From: an archaeon
Lineage (GTDB): Archaea > Iainarchaeota > Iainarchaeia > Iainarchaeales > 1-14-0-10-31-34
Length of the DNA: 32,000 nucleotides
Direction of reading: 5' to 3'
Assembly (NCBI GenBank): GCA_024277355.1
Contig: JAJRVL010000002.1
Coordinates: 72,434-104,433 of the forward strand
The position numbers were made by a program, and so were the translations under genes. The notes under the pieces are model-generated. The model did not search any database and had not been told where the DNA came from. It worked only from the letters and a program-made list of their open reading frames with translations. Below, in pieces: positions 23,469-32,000 of this stretch (positions within the stretch are counted from its first letter, which is position 1; every line of letters begins with the position of its first letter).

Positions 23469-25031
23469 ATGAGCATTAAACAGTATTCAAAAGAAATTAT
23501 TGGCTTAATTTTGTCAGGAAAAATTTCTTCAAAAAAAGAATTAAGTTCATTTAAATTAAAGTTAGCAAAAAAATATTCTTTAAAGGATTTTCCGGCTAAT
23601 CCTGATATTCTTTCTTTTGCAGGAAAAAAAACTGAAAAAGTAAGACATTTGCTTGCAATTAAACCTTCTCGTTCTTTATCAGGAATTGTTTCTGTTGCAA
23701 TAATGCCTAAGCCTCTTCCTTGTCCTGGAAGATGTATTTATTGTCCTTCATCTTTAGTGGATGTTTTAACGCCAAAAAGTTATACTGGAAGAGAACCAAG
23801 CACTATGCGGGCAATTGCAAATAATTTTGATGCAGTAAAACAAATAACAAACAGAATTAATCAATTAAAGCGAACAGGCCATTCAACTGAAAAAATTGAA
23901 TTAATAATAATGGGAGGTACTTTTCTTTCTTATCCTTTAATTTATCAGAAACAATTTATGTTAGACTGCTTTAATGCAGTAAATAAAACTAAATCTAATT
24001 CATTAGAAAAAGCAAAAGAAAAAGCACAATATTCAGATAATAGATTTATTGGAATAACTTTTGAAACCCGTCCTGATTTTTGCAGAAAAAAAGAAATAAA
24101 TAATATGCTTTTATTTGGAGGAACAAGAGTTGAATTAGGTGTTCAGACTTTAGATGATGAAGTGTATAAAAAAATTAATCGGGACCATAAAGTTTCTGAT
24201 GTAATTAATGCAACTTCTTTGTTAAGGGATTCTTCATTTAAGTTTGCTTATCATTTAATGCCGGGATTGCCTGGAATGACTCCAAAAGAAGATTTTAAAG
24301 TTTTCAAGGAAGTTTTTTCTAATCCTGATTTCAAGCCTGATATGCTTAAAATTTATCCTTGTATTGTAATTAAAAATACTGAATTATTTAATTTATGGAA
24401 AAAAGGAGAATATAAACCTTATTCAACTAAAAAAGCAGCAAAATTAATTTCAAAAATGAAATCAATTGTTCCAAAATATACAAGAATAATGAGAATTCAA
24501 AGGGATATTCCTTCAACTGTTGTTTCTGCAGGAGTAAAGCACACTAATTTAAGACAAATGGTAAAAGAAGAAATGAAAAAACATAACTGGGAATGCAATT
24601 GCATTAGGTGCAGGGAAGTCGGCAGAACTAAAGCTGGGATTAATCCAAAATTATTAGTTGAAGAATATGCTGCTTCAAACGGAAAAGAATTTTTTATTTC
24701 AATTGAAGACAAAAATTCATTATATGGTTTTTGCAGATTGCGTTTTCCTGCTAATCCTTTTAGAAAAGAAATAAACAAAAAAACTGCTTTGATAAGAGAA
24801 CTGCATGTTTATTCTAAGGCTTTAGAGTTAAGCAGAACTCCTGAAAAAAATGAATTCCAGCATAAAGGTTTTGGAAAAAAATTAATGGAAAAAGCAGAAG
24901 AAATAACTGCTGAAAACGGGTATAAAGAATTAATTGTTATTTCAGGGATTGGTGCAAGAGAATATTACTGGAATTTAGGTTATAAAAATAAAGGCCCTTA
25001 TGTGGCAAAAGACGTAAGCAAAGGTATTTAA
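23469..25031 (+). CDS. elp3: Elp3-type radical-SAM/GNAT tRNA modification enzyme
   Basis: 520 aa. Radical SAM cluster CPGRCIYCP. C-terminal GNAT region RELHVYS...QHKGFGKKLMEKAE. Confidence 0.9.
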   Translation: MSIKQYSKEIIGLILSGKISSKKELSSFKLKLAKKYSLKDFPANPDILSFAGKKTEKVRHLLAIKPSRSLSGIVSVAIMPKPLPCPGRCIYCPSSLVDVLTPKSYTGREPSTMRAIANNFDAVKQITNRINQLKRTGHSTEKIELIIMGGTFLSYPLIYQKQFMLDCFNAVNKTKSNSLEKAKEKAQYSDNRFIGITFETRPDFCRKKEINNMLLFGGTRVELGVQTLDDEVYKKINRDHKVSDVINATSLLRDSSFKFAYHLMPGLPGMTPKEDFKVFKEVFSNPDFKPDMLKIYPCIVIKNTELFNLWKKGEYKPYSTKKAAKLISKMKSIVPKYTRIMRIQRDIPSTVVSAGVKHTNLRQMVKEEMKKHNWECNCIRCREVGRTKAGINPKLLVEEYAASNGKEFFISIEDKNSLYGFCRLRFPANPFRKEINKKTALIRELHVYSKALELSRTPEKNEFQHKGFGKKLMEKAEEITAENGYKELIVISGIGAREYYWNLGYKNKGPYVAKDVSKGI

Positions 25032-25091
25032 ATTAATCCAAACTATTTTTCATAAAAATTATGAACTTTTTTTATTATGGAGGGTTTTTGA

Positions 25092-26228
25092 ATGATTATT
25101 GCAACTTTAAAAGAAGTTAAAGACAATGAAAACAGAGTAGGGTTAATCCCTGAAAATGTTAAATCTTTAATTGATTTAGGTCATGAAGTCTGGGTACAGA
25201 AATCAGCAGGAATTAATTCTGGTTTTTCTGATGAAGATTATTCAGATCAAGGCGCAAAAATAGTTGATTCAGAAGAAGAAATTGCAAAAAATGCAGATGT
25301 ATTAGTTAAAGTAAAAGAGCCAGTAACAAAAGAATACAAATTACTTGAATTAATGAAAGGAAAAACCCTTTACACTTACCTTCATTTATCCGGAGTTGAT
25401 CCTCAGTTAACTGAAGTGTTAATTAAAAATAATATTACTGCTATTGCTTATGAAACAATTGAAGATGAAAATGGTTTTTTGCCTTGTCTTAAACCAATGA
25501 GTGAAGTTGCAGGAATTTTATCTATTCAATATGGTGCACAATATTTGCAGAGAAAATATCATGGCATAGGAGTTACTTTAGGGAAAGTTGATGGAGTTTC
25601 TTCTTCTAATGTTTTGGTTGTTGGAGGAGGAATTGCAGGAAGAACTGCTGCAAGGACTGCTGCAGGAATGGGGTCTAATGTTGTTGTAGTTGAAAAATCT
25701 CCTGAAAGAGCTGAAGCATTAAAAAAATTTTTTGACAGCGAATTAGGAAAAACTGATAACATAAAAATTATAAGTAATTCTGCTGGAGATTTTTCAGAAC
25801 AGGTAAGAAACTCTGATTTATTAGTTGGAGCTGTTTTAATTGCAGGTGCTAAAGCGCCGAGAGTTGTTTCAGAAGAACAAATTAAATCAATGAAAAATGG
25901 TTCTGTTATAGTTGATATTTCAATTGATCAAGGCGGATGCATTTGGGGTTCAAAGCCTACTTCTCATTCTGATCCAATTTATGAATTAGAAGGAAAAATT
26001 TTCTGCTGTATTACTAATATGCCTGGACAGGCGTCAAGACAGTCAACTTATGCCTTAAATAACAGTACTTTTCCTTTTTTGACTAAAATTGCAGAAAAAG
26101 GAGTAATTGAATACTTAAAAGAAAACAAGAATTTTGCTAAAGGCTTAAACACTTATAATGGAAAAATAACTTTTAAGCATGTAGCAGAAGACCTGAAAAG
26201 AGAAGCAGATTTTGAAGAATTCAATTAA
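25092..26228 (+). CDS. ald: alanine dehydrogenase (AlaDH/PNT family)
   Basis: 378 aa. MIIATLKEVKDNENRVGLIPE, Rossmann VLVVGGGIAGRTAARTAAGMG, VDISIDQGG. SD GGAGGG lies upstream. Confidence 0.8.
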   Translation: MIIATLKEVKDNENRVGLIPENVKSLIDLGHEVWVQKSAGINSGFSDEDYSDQGAKIVDSEEEIAKNADVLVKVKEPVTKEYKLLELMKGKTLYTYLHLSGVDPQLTEVLIKNNITAIAYETIEDENGFLPCLKPMSEVAGILSIQYGAQYLQRKYHGIGVTLGKVDGVSSSNVLVVGGGIAGRTAARTAAGMGSNVVVVEKSPERAEALKKFFDSELGKTDNIKIISNSAGDFSEQVRNSDLLVGAVLIAGAKAPRVVSEEQIKSMKNGSVIVDISIDQGGCIWGSKPTSHSDPIYELEGKIFCCITNMPGQASRQSTYALNNSTFPFLTKIAEKGVIEYLKENKNFAKGLNTYNGKITFKHVAEDLKREADFEEFN

Positions 26229-26273
26229 TGCTTTCTTTTTTTATTTTCTTTCTTTCTATTATTTTTGGTTTAA

Positions 26274-26636
26274 ATGATTGAATTAATTTTATTTTTTTTG
26301 CTTTTGATTTCTCTTATTTTATTGTATTTCTTTTTCTCTAAATATTCTAATTTAAAAGAAAAGTTTGATGAATTATCTTTTTTAAAAAAATCTCAAAGCG
26401 TTAAATATGGAAAGTTAACTGAACAATGGATTCCTTTTTCAGATGATTTTCCTTTTGATTCGTCTTCTTTCCGTTTTTTAGGAAGTCCTGTTGACGGAGT
26501 AGCTTTTAATGATGATTCAGTTGTTTTTTGTGAATTTAAGTCAAATACTTCTTCGTTATCTGAAAAACAAAAAAAAATAAAAAAATTAATTTTAGATAAA
26601 AAAGTTAAATGGCTTGAAATGCATTTAAAGAATTAA
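26274..26636 (+). CDS. membrane-anchored endonuclease related to archaeal Holliday-junction resolvase (COG4741/PF10107-like)
   Basis: N-terminal TM helix, short coiled coil, then GKLTEQWIPFSDDFPFDSSSFRFLGSPVDGVAFNDDSVVFCEFKSNTSSLSEKQKKIKKLILDKKVKW. This matches the remembered family pattern G..EQ..P...F..D.RFLG.P.D...F......F.E.K...S.LS..Q. Confidence 0.55.
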   Translation: MIELILFFLLLISLILLYFFFSKYSNLKEKFDELSFLKKSQSVKYGKLTEQWIPFSDDFPFDSSSFRFLGSPVDGVAFNDDSVVFCEFKSNTSSLSEKQKKIKKLILDKKVKWLEMHLKN

Positions 26637-27328
26637 ATCCATTTATGGAAAAACTTCATTAATTTTAAGCTTGGTGAAAAACCAAAATAACCAATTAATG
26701 CGCCTATTACTATCAGTCCTCTTATTAAAACTGTCTGCAATTCGGCACTTCCAAGTAAATCAAGATATCCTCCTAAGAAAAATAATCCCATTGATAATGC
26801 AACTGAGTTAAACTGAATAAAAGTACTTTGTTTTCTTGATTTAAATGCAGTTAATGCAAGCAATACAACCATTGTAAAAGCAGAATAACCTGAATATTGA
26901 ATTAATGTTAATGCTTCTGAACTAGTTAAATAGTATTTTACTGTCCAGCCAGTTAACGGCCCTATAAGCGGGACAGTTAAAATAAAATAAATGTAAATTA
27001 ATCCTGTTAATGTAAAAATTGAAGGAAGAATTAAAATGCTTTTTTTCTTTAATGAAGTTGCACTTAAAAACAATGCTAATGCAACAACAGGAACCGCTGC
27101 TAAAGAAATTGACAGCATAAAGAAAAGTTTTGATAAATAAACTGAATTAAATAATCCGCTTAAATCTACTAATCCTGCAAAAAAATATATTGCTGCTGCA
27201 CCCATCCAAAAAGTCCCAAAAGCAAGATTTAGTAAATTAGCTTTATTGGGTTTTATTTTTTTGACTAAAAGAACACTTAATATTACAATTAAAAAATCAA
27301 TTATTACTCCTGTAATTAATTCAATCAT
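26633..27328 (-). CDS. polytopic membrane protein, unknown function
   Basis: 231 aa with ~7 hydrophobic helices. Its start overlaps the upstream stop (ATGA). Its 3' end overlaps 26274..26636 by 4 nt, convergently. Confidence 0.55.
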   Translation of the reverse strand: MIELITGVIIDFLIVILSVLLVKKIKPNKANLLNLAFGTFWMGAAAIYFFAGLVDLSGLFNSVYLSKLFFMLSISLAAVPVVALALFLSATSLKKKSILILPSIFTLTGLIYIYFILTVPLIGPLTGWTVKYYLTSSEALTLIQYSGYSAFTMVVLLALTAFKSRKQSTFIQFNSVALSMGLFFLGGYLDLLGSAELQTVLIRGLIVIGALIGYFGFSPSLKLMKFFHKWI

Positions 27329-27705
27329 TGTTTCGCGTCCTCAAAAAATTCTTCGGTTTGATTTTGCATTTTTTGTTTAACTAAACTCATAAAGTCTGTT
27401 TCATTGTATAATTCATTTAAATACATTGAAGCTCTTGCAAAACAAAATGTAGACAAAATAAATAAAGTATACATTGAGTATTCAATTATTTCTCCTTTAA
27501 CAAATCCTGTTACTTCAAGCAAAAAATGAACTACAAGGTTTACTGCAATAATAAAAACTGAAAAAGAAAGCCATTTAACAAATTTATTCAGATTGCTTTC
27601 TGCTAAACTTCTTTTTGTCTGCCATATCCAGTAAGATGAAATAAGCATAGCAAGCATTGAAATAGTTAATAACAAAAGATGAAATTCACTTATTGGAAAA
27701 ATCAT
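27325..27705 (-). CDS. small membrane protein, unknown function
   Basis: 126 aa with 3 hydrophobic helices and an acidic tail. Translationally coupled to 26633..27328. Confidence 0.5.
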   Translation of the reverse strand: MIFPISEFHLLLLTISMLAMLISSYWIWQTKRSLAESNLNKFVKWLSFSVFIIAVNLVVHFLLEVTGFVKGEIIEYSMYTLFILSTFCFARASMYLNELYNETDFMSLVKQKMQNQTEEFFEDAKQ

Positions 27706-27753
27706 TTATAATCACTTAAGTATAATGTTTTTTTGCCTTTTATATTTTTTCTT

Positions 27754-28791
27754 TTAGTCTCTAAACCTTAAAACAGCAATTATTCCTCCAAAACCGTTTA
27801 AGTATTCTCCTGCTTCGTGTTCTGAAGAAAAAATCATTACTTTTCCTTTGAAGTTTTCTGTTTTTTCAATTAATTTCTGTATTTTTTCTCTGTCTTCAAA
27901 AAACTTTTTATCTGAAACAATTAATTCTTCTACACTTCCTTTTTCAATTGCTTTAAGTATTTCTTTTTCGCCGTATTCAATTAAAGAATTTTCTTTTCTT
28001 GCTTCTTTCATTATTTCTTCCATTTTTTTGTTTTCTTTTATTAATAAACTTTCCCGCAGTATTTTTTCCATTGTTCCTTTTTTTATTATTTCATGTAATC
28101 CTGTTTTGCCTGTTGAATTAAGGTTTTCAAATACAGAATTTATTTTTGCATTTTTTTCTTTAAGGAATTTCTCAAAATCATTTTTTGTAAACCCCGGTCC
28201 TGCAATAATTACTTTTTCTTTTTTTTCTTCTGTAATTTTTTTTAGTATTTCTTCAAAATACTTGTTTTCTTTTGTTTTTTCTTCTTTGAATCTTTTTCCT
28301 TGTTTTCCTGATTTAATTGTTGTTTTAATTTTTATTCCTTTTTCACTTGCTTCTCCTATTGTGGCTTCTTCATCATCTATTACAATCAATAAAATTGAAT
28401 TTCTTCCGGTGTTTTTAACTGCTTTTTCTATTATTTCTTTTTGAAACTGTTTTATTTGATTTTTTTTTATTTTAATGATGTTTTTTAATCCTATTTCAAT
28501 TGAATGAAATGCATTTGCTTCAAAAAATTCTTCTGGTTTCATTGACTGCATTGGCCCTGAAACTCTTAAAGTATAAGTGCTTTCATGGAATTCAATTTTT
28601 TCTGCTTTAATTTCAACAAAAACAATAATTTTTTCTGCTTTTCTTCCTTCTTCTCCTTTAATTTTTCTTTCAGATTTACCGCTAACTAAATCTCCTTGTT
28701 CTAATATTCTTTCTAAATACCATAAATCATCTGTTGTTTCAGGCATTAATTCCAGATAATTGTTTTTTAAGTCCATTTTAATTTTTTTCAT
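27754..28791 (-). CDS. pelA: Pelota (aPelota/Dom34), mRNA surveillance and ribosome rescue factor
   Basis: 345 aa. LELMPETTDDLWYLERILEQGDLV, IIAGPGFTKNDF and GGIIAVLRF fit the Pelota/eRF1-like domains. Confidence 0.9.
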   Translation of the reverse strand: MKKIKMDLKNNYLELMPETTDDLWYLERILEQGDLVSGKSERKIKGEEGRKAEKIIVFVEIKAEKIEFHESTYTLRVSGPMQSMKPEEFFEANAFHSIEIGLKNIIKIKKNQIKQFQKEIIEKAVKNTGRNSILLIVIDDEEATIGEASEKGIKIKTTIKSGKQGKRFKEEKTKENKYFEEILKKITEEKKEKVIIAGPGFTKNDFEKFLKEKNAKINSVFENLNSTGKTGLHEIIKKGTMEKILRESLLIKENKKMEEIMKEARKENSLIEYGEKEILKAIEKGSVEELIVSDKKFFEDREKIQKLIEKTENFKGKVMIFSSEHEAGEYLNGFGGIIAVLRFRD

Positions 28792-28810
28792 ATAAACTTC
28801 CTGCTTAAAA

Positions 28811-28830
28811 TTCTTTTTAATTCTTTTTAA
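28811..28830. repeat. tandem 10-mer TTCTTTTTAA x2 in the 52-bp Pelota/ABCE1 divergent spacer (TATA-like in both orientations)
   Basis: Exact tandem duplication read directly. The copy-1 T/A core is ~27 nt from ABCE1 ATG 28844 and ~25 nt from Pelota ATG 28791. Confidence 0.5.
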
Positions 28831-28843
28831 TCCTGTTATTATA

Positions 28844-30616
28844 ATGGCTTCAAAGAAAAGAATTGCAGTAATTGATTATGATAAATGCCAGCCAAATGAA
28901 TGCGGGAACTTTTTATGCATTAGAATGTGTCCTGTAAACAGAAATAATAAAGAATGCATAATTCAAAATAAAGAAAAAGAATTACCTGAAATTTCAGAAG
29001 AATTATGTATTGGCTGTAATATTTGTGTTGTTAAATGCCCTTTTAATGCAATTTCAATTGTAAATAAACCTTCTGAATTAGATTTTCCTATTCATCAGTT
29101 TGGAAAAAATGCTTTTAGAATTTACAATCTTCCTTTTCCTAAAGAATCATCTGTTATTGGTTTAATTGGAAGAAATGGAATTGGAAAATCCACTGTTTTA
29201 AAAATTTTATCAAAAGAAATTACTCCTAATTTAGGTAATTTAAAAGAAAAACCTTCAATTGAAAAAGTTATTGAAAAATTTAAAGGAAAAGAATTAATGA
29301 ATTTTTTTAATAAAGTAAAAGAAAACCCAAAACTTTCATTAAAACCGCAAAGAATTGAATTATTGCCTAAAAAAGTTAAAGGAAAAGTAATTGACTTATT
29401 AAAAAAAATTGATGAAAGAAAAAAATTAAATGAATTAACTGAATTACTTGATTTAAATGAAATTATGGATAAAAACATTGAAACTCTTTCAGGAGGAGAA
29501 CTTCAAAGAATTGCTATTGCAGCTGCTTCAATGAAACAGGCAGATTATTATTTTTTTGATGAACCTTCTTCTTTTTTAGACATAAAACAAAGACTTAAAA
29601 TGGCTAAAGCAGTTAATTCTCTTTCTGAGTCAGCTAAAAGTGTTATGTTAATTGAACATGATTTAGCTTTACTGGATTACTTAAGTGAATACATTCATAT
29701 TTTTTATGGTTCTCCCGGAGTTTATGGAGTTGTCAGTTCAGTTAAAAGCTCTAAAAATGGAATAAATGAATTTTTAAATGGTTTTTTGAAGGATGAAAAC
29801 ATTAAGTTTAGAGAAAAAGAATTAAGTTTTGAAGTAAAGCCTCCTTCTCAAAGTGTTAAAACAAAGACTGTTTTTGAATATCCTGAAATCAAAAAAAAGT
29901 TTTCAGGTTTTGAATTAACTATTAGTGCAGGAAATTTAAGACAAGGAGAAGTAATAGGGATAATTGGAGGAAATGCTTTAGGCAAAACAACTTTTGCCAG
30001 AATTCTTGCCGGAGAAGTAAAACCGGACAACACTAAATTAAATTTTAATTTGAAAGTTTCTTTTAAACCGCAGCAATTAACTTCAGAAAAAATGACTGTA
30101 AATGAATTATTTTCTTTACCTGAAGTAAATAAAGAAGTATTTAATTCTGAATTCAGAAAAAAACTTGCAATTGAATCATTAATGGAAATGCAGTTAGAAA
30201 ACTTAAGCGGCGGAGAATTACAAAAAGTTGCAGTGGCTTTTTGTTTAAGCAAAGAAGCAGATATTTATTTATTAGATGAACCTTCTGCTTTTGTTGACAT
30301 AGAAGACAGATTAAAAATAGCTGAAGTAATCAGAAGCATAATAGAAAAAAAAGGAAAAACTGCTTTAGTAATTGATCATGACGTATTGTTTATTGATTAT
30401 ATTTCTGACAGGTTAATTGTTTTTGAAGGAACTCCTTCTGTTTCAGGTAAAGGAAATATTCCTTCTGAAATGCATGAAGGAATGAATTTATTTCTTGAAA
30501 AAATGAATATTTCTATGCGAAGAGATCCTGAAACCGGACGACCAAGAGTAAACAAGCTTAATTCAATTAAAGACAAAGAACAAAAACAAAAAAATGAATA
30601 CTATTATTCAGTTTGA
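28844..30616 (+). CDS. abcE1: ABCE1 (RNase L inhibitor homolog), ribosome-recycling ATPase
   Basis: 590 aa. N-terminal 4Fe-4S motifs CQPNECGNFLCIRMCP and CIGCNICVVKCP. Two NBDs: GLIGRNGIGKST/LSGGELQR and GIIGGNALGKTT/LSGGELQK. Confidence 0.95.
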   Translation: MASKKRIAVIDYDKCQPNECGNFLCIRMCPVNRNNKECIIQNKEKELPEISEELCIGCNICVVKCPFNAISIVNKPSELDFPIHQFGKNAFRIYNLPFPKESSVIGLIGRNGIGKSTVLKILSKEITPNLGNLKEKPSIEKVIEKFKGKELMNFFNKVKENPKLSLKPQRIELLPKKVKGKVIDLLKKIDERKKLNELTELLDLNEIMDKNIETLSGGELQRIAIAAASMKQADYYFFDEPSSFLDIKQRLKMAKAVNSLSESAKSVMLIEHDLALLDYLSEYIHIFYGSPGVYGVVSSVKSSKNGINEFLNGFLKDENIKFREKELSFEVKPPSQSVKTKTVFEYPEIKKKFSGFELTISAGNLRQGEVIGIIGGNALGKTTFARILAGEVKPDNTKLNFNLKVSFKPQQLTSEKMTVNELFSLPEVNKEVFNSEFRKKLAIESLMEMQLENLSGGELQKVAVAFCLSKEADIYLLDEPSAFVDIEDRLKIAEVIRSIIEKKGKTALVIDHDVLFIDYISDRLIVFEGTPSVSGKGNIPSEMHEGMNLFLEKMNISMRRDPETGRPRVNKLNSIKDKEQKQKNEYYYSV

Positions 30617-30620
30617 TATT

Positions 30621-31220
30621 ATGAAAAAATTAAGTCAAAACATGCAGAAATACAAAAGCAAAAACCCTGTTGTAATTTGGTTTTTAAATAATTTTTACAG
30701 TGAATTAAACTTAATTTTAAATGATTTAGAAAAACCTAAATTAGTTCTTGATGCAGCCTGCGGAGAAGGATTTACAATTCAAAAACTAAAAAATCAATTT
30801 AAATCATCAGAAATATTTGGAGTAGATAAATCTGAAAATGCCTTAAAAACAGCAAAAAGTATTGCTCCTGAAATGACTATAAAAAAAGGATTAATTGAAG
30901 AGATTCCTTTTAAAGCAGATTCTTTTGATTTAGTTTTGGCTTTGGAAATCCTTGAACATTTATCTGAACCAAAAAAAGGACTAAAAGAATTAAACAGAGT
31001 AACTAAAAAATACTGTGTTATAAGTGTTCCAAATGAACCTTGGTTTAGTTGGTGTAATGTGTTGAGACTGAAGAATATTTCAAGAATCGGAAAAAATAAG
31101 GAGCATCTTAATTTCTGGAATAAAAACGAAAGTATTGCTTTAATCAGCAGGTTTTTTGAAATAAAAAAAGTTGCAACCCCTTTTCCTTGGGTAATGCTTT
31201 TATGTGAAAAAAAACAATAG
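30621..31220 (+). CDS. class I SAM-dependent methyltransferase
   Basis: Motif I VLDAACGEGF, then GVDKSE and DLVLALEILEHL. The track start at 30594 overlaps ABCE1; ATG 30621 (MKKLSQ), 4 nt after the ABCE1 stop, is preferred. Confidence 0.7.
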   Translation: MKKLSQNMQKYKSKNPVVIWFLNNFYSELNLILNDLEKPKLVLDAACGEGFTIQKLKNQFKSSEIFGVDKSENALKTAKSIAPEMTIKKGLIEEIPFKADSFDLVLALEILEHLSEPKKGLKELNRVTKKYCVISVPNEPWFSWCNVLRLKNISRIGKNKEHLNFWNKNESIALISRFFEIKKVATPFPWVMLLCEKKQ

Positions 31221-31294
31221 TTCTTTTTAATTTTTTTTTCTCTTTTTGCTTTATTTTAAATAGTTTTTGAAGCAATTGTTTCTTTTGGAGAACT

Positions 31295-31846
31295 ATGAAC
31301 GATGGCGTATTATCTGTTTTTCTTGAAAAACAAAGACTGAAGAAAGTTTTTCCTTATATTAATGGAACTGTTTTGGATTTAGGTTGCGGTAATGCTAATA
31401 GTTTATCTCATGTTTCAGAAAATTATGTTGGAGTAGATATAGACCAGAATAAAATAGATTTTTTATCAAAAAAATTTCCTAAATTTACTTTTATTGTTTT
31501 GGATTTGAATAATGAAGAAATATGTTTTGATGTAAAACCAAATACTGTTTTAATGCTGGCTGTTTTTGAGCATTTAAAGAATCCAAATAAAGTTTTAAGC
31601 AATTTAAAGAAAATAATGAATAAAAAATCAGTGTTAGTTATTACTTCTCCTTCAAAGTTTGGAGGATTAATTCATGATTTAGGATCTAAAATTGGTTTAT
31701 TTAATTCTGAGGCGGCAAAAGAACATGAAAAATTTTATTCAATTAATGAAGTTAAATTAATTTTAGAAAGAAATGGTTTTATAGTTAAAAAAGCTTTAAA
31801 ATTTCAGTTTGGTTTAAACCAGTTTTTTTTAGCTGAACTAAAATGA
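31295..31846 (+). CDS. class I SAM-dependent methyltransferase
   Basis: Motif I VLDLGCGNAN, then GVDIDQ and VLMLAVFEHL. Confidence 0.7.
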   Translation: MNDGVLSVFLEKQRLKKVFPYINGTVLDLGCGNANSLSHVSENYVGVDIDQNKIDFLSKKFPKFTFIVLDLNNEEICFDVKPNTVLMLAVFEHLKNPNKVLSNLKKIMNKKSVLVITSPSKFGGLIHDLGSKIGLFNSEAAKEHEKFYSINEVKLILERNGFIVKKALKFQFGLNQFFLAELK

Positions 31847-32000
31847 TTTTTTTTTCTCATCATTATTTTTAAGTTAAACTGATATAATTAATACAATACT
31901 TAAATAAAAAAAGTGGTATTTTGTTTGAATTTATAGCTTTTCTGATAACTTTAACAATTCCTGGTTATTTGTTGGTTGAAAAGCATTTTTTTGGTTTGGA

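Noticed and set aside
31921-32000. Possible start of a membrane-protein ORF at the right edge (..FEFIAFLITLTIPGYLLVEKHFFGL)
   Set aside because: There is no ATG (only TTG), only ~26 codons are visible and no motif is present. This is insufficient support.

Overview
Very AT-rich, extremely gene-dense archaeal chromosome segment with about 45 genes; several neighbours abut or overlap. The gene content is archaeal housekeeping: Pth2, aEF-1beta with its Zn-ribbon partner, Rpo6/RpoK, eS17, Pelota, ABCE1, Elp3, class I CCA-adding enzyme, Taw3, tRNA-Arg and a circularly permuted GTPase. With the Lys-rich proteome and tiny spacers, this suggests a DPANN-type (Woese-/Pacearchaeota-like) genome; that placement is inference only. 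No CRISPR array, rRNA or clear mobile element is present. The most interesting part is a non-canonical DNA-end-processing island at about 6.4-17.5 kb. There nurA, herA and rad50 are dispersed rather than in one operon, and no mre11 is evident. They are interleaved with three paralogous Lys-rich multi-HTH proteins, a possible methyltransferase-fold protein, an RHH protein and a 493-aa protein that looks like a miniaturised, degenerate family-B DNA polymerase. nurA and herA each sit behind an 86-bp divergent promoter carrying the identical 18-mer TAAATTTCACTGGCGTTT at the same position. rad50 and a metallophosphoesterase 5 kb away are each split by a -1 frame change. Both changes fall exactly on an in-phase A_AAA_AAG heptamer. 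The ORF track misses about 240 codons of rad50, including its CPVC zinc hook, because that frame contains no Met. Two small Cys-rich ORFs under 60 aa are also absent from the track. All family assignments rest on motifs recognised by eye, not on searches.
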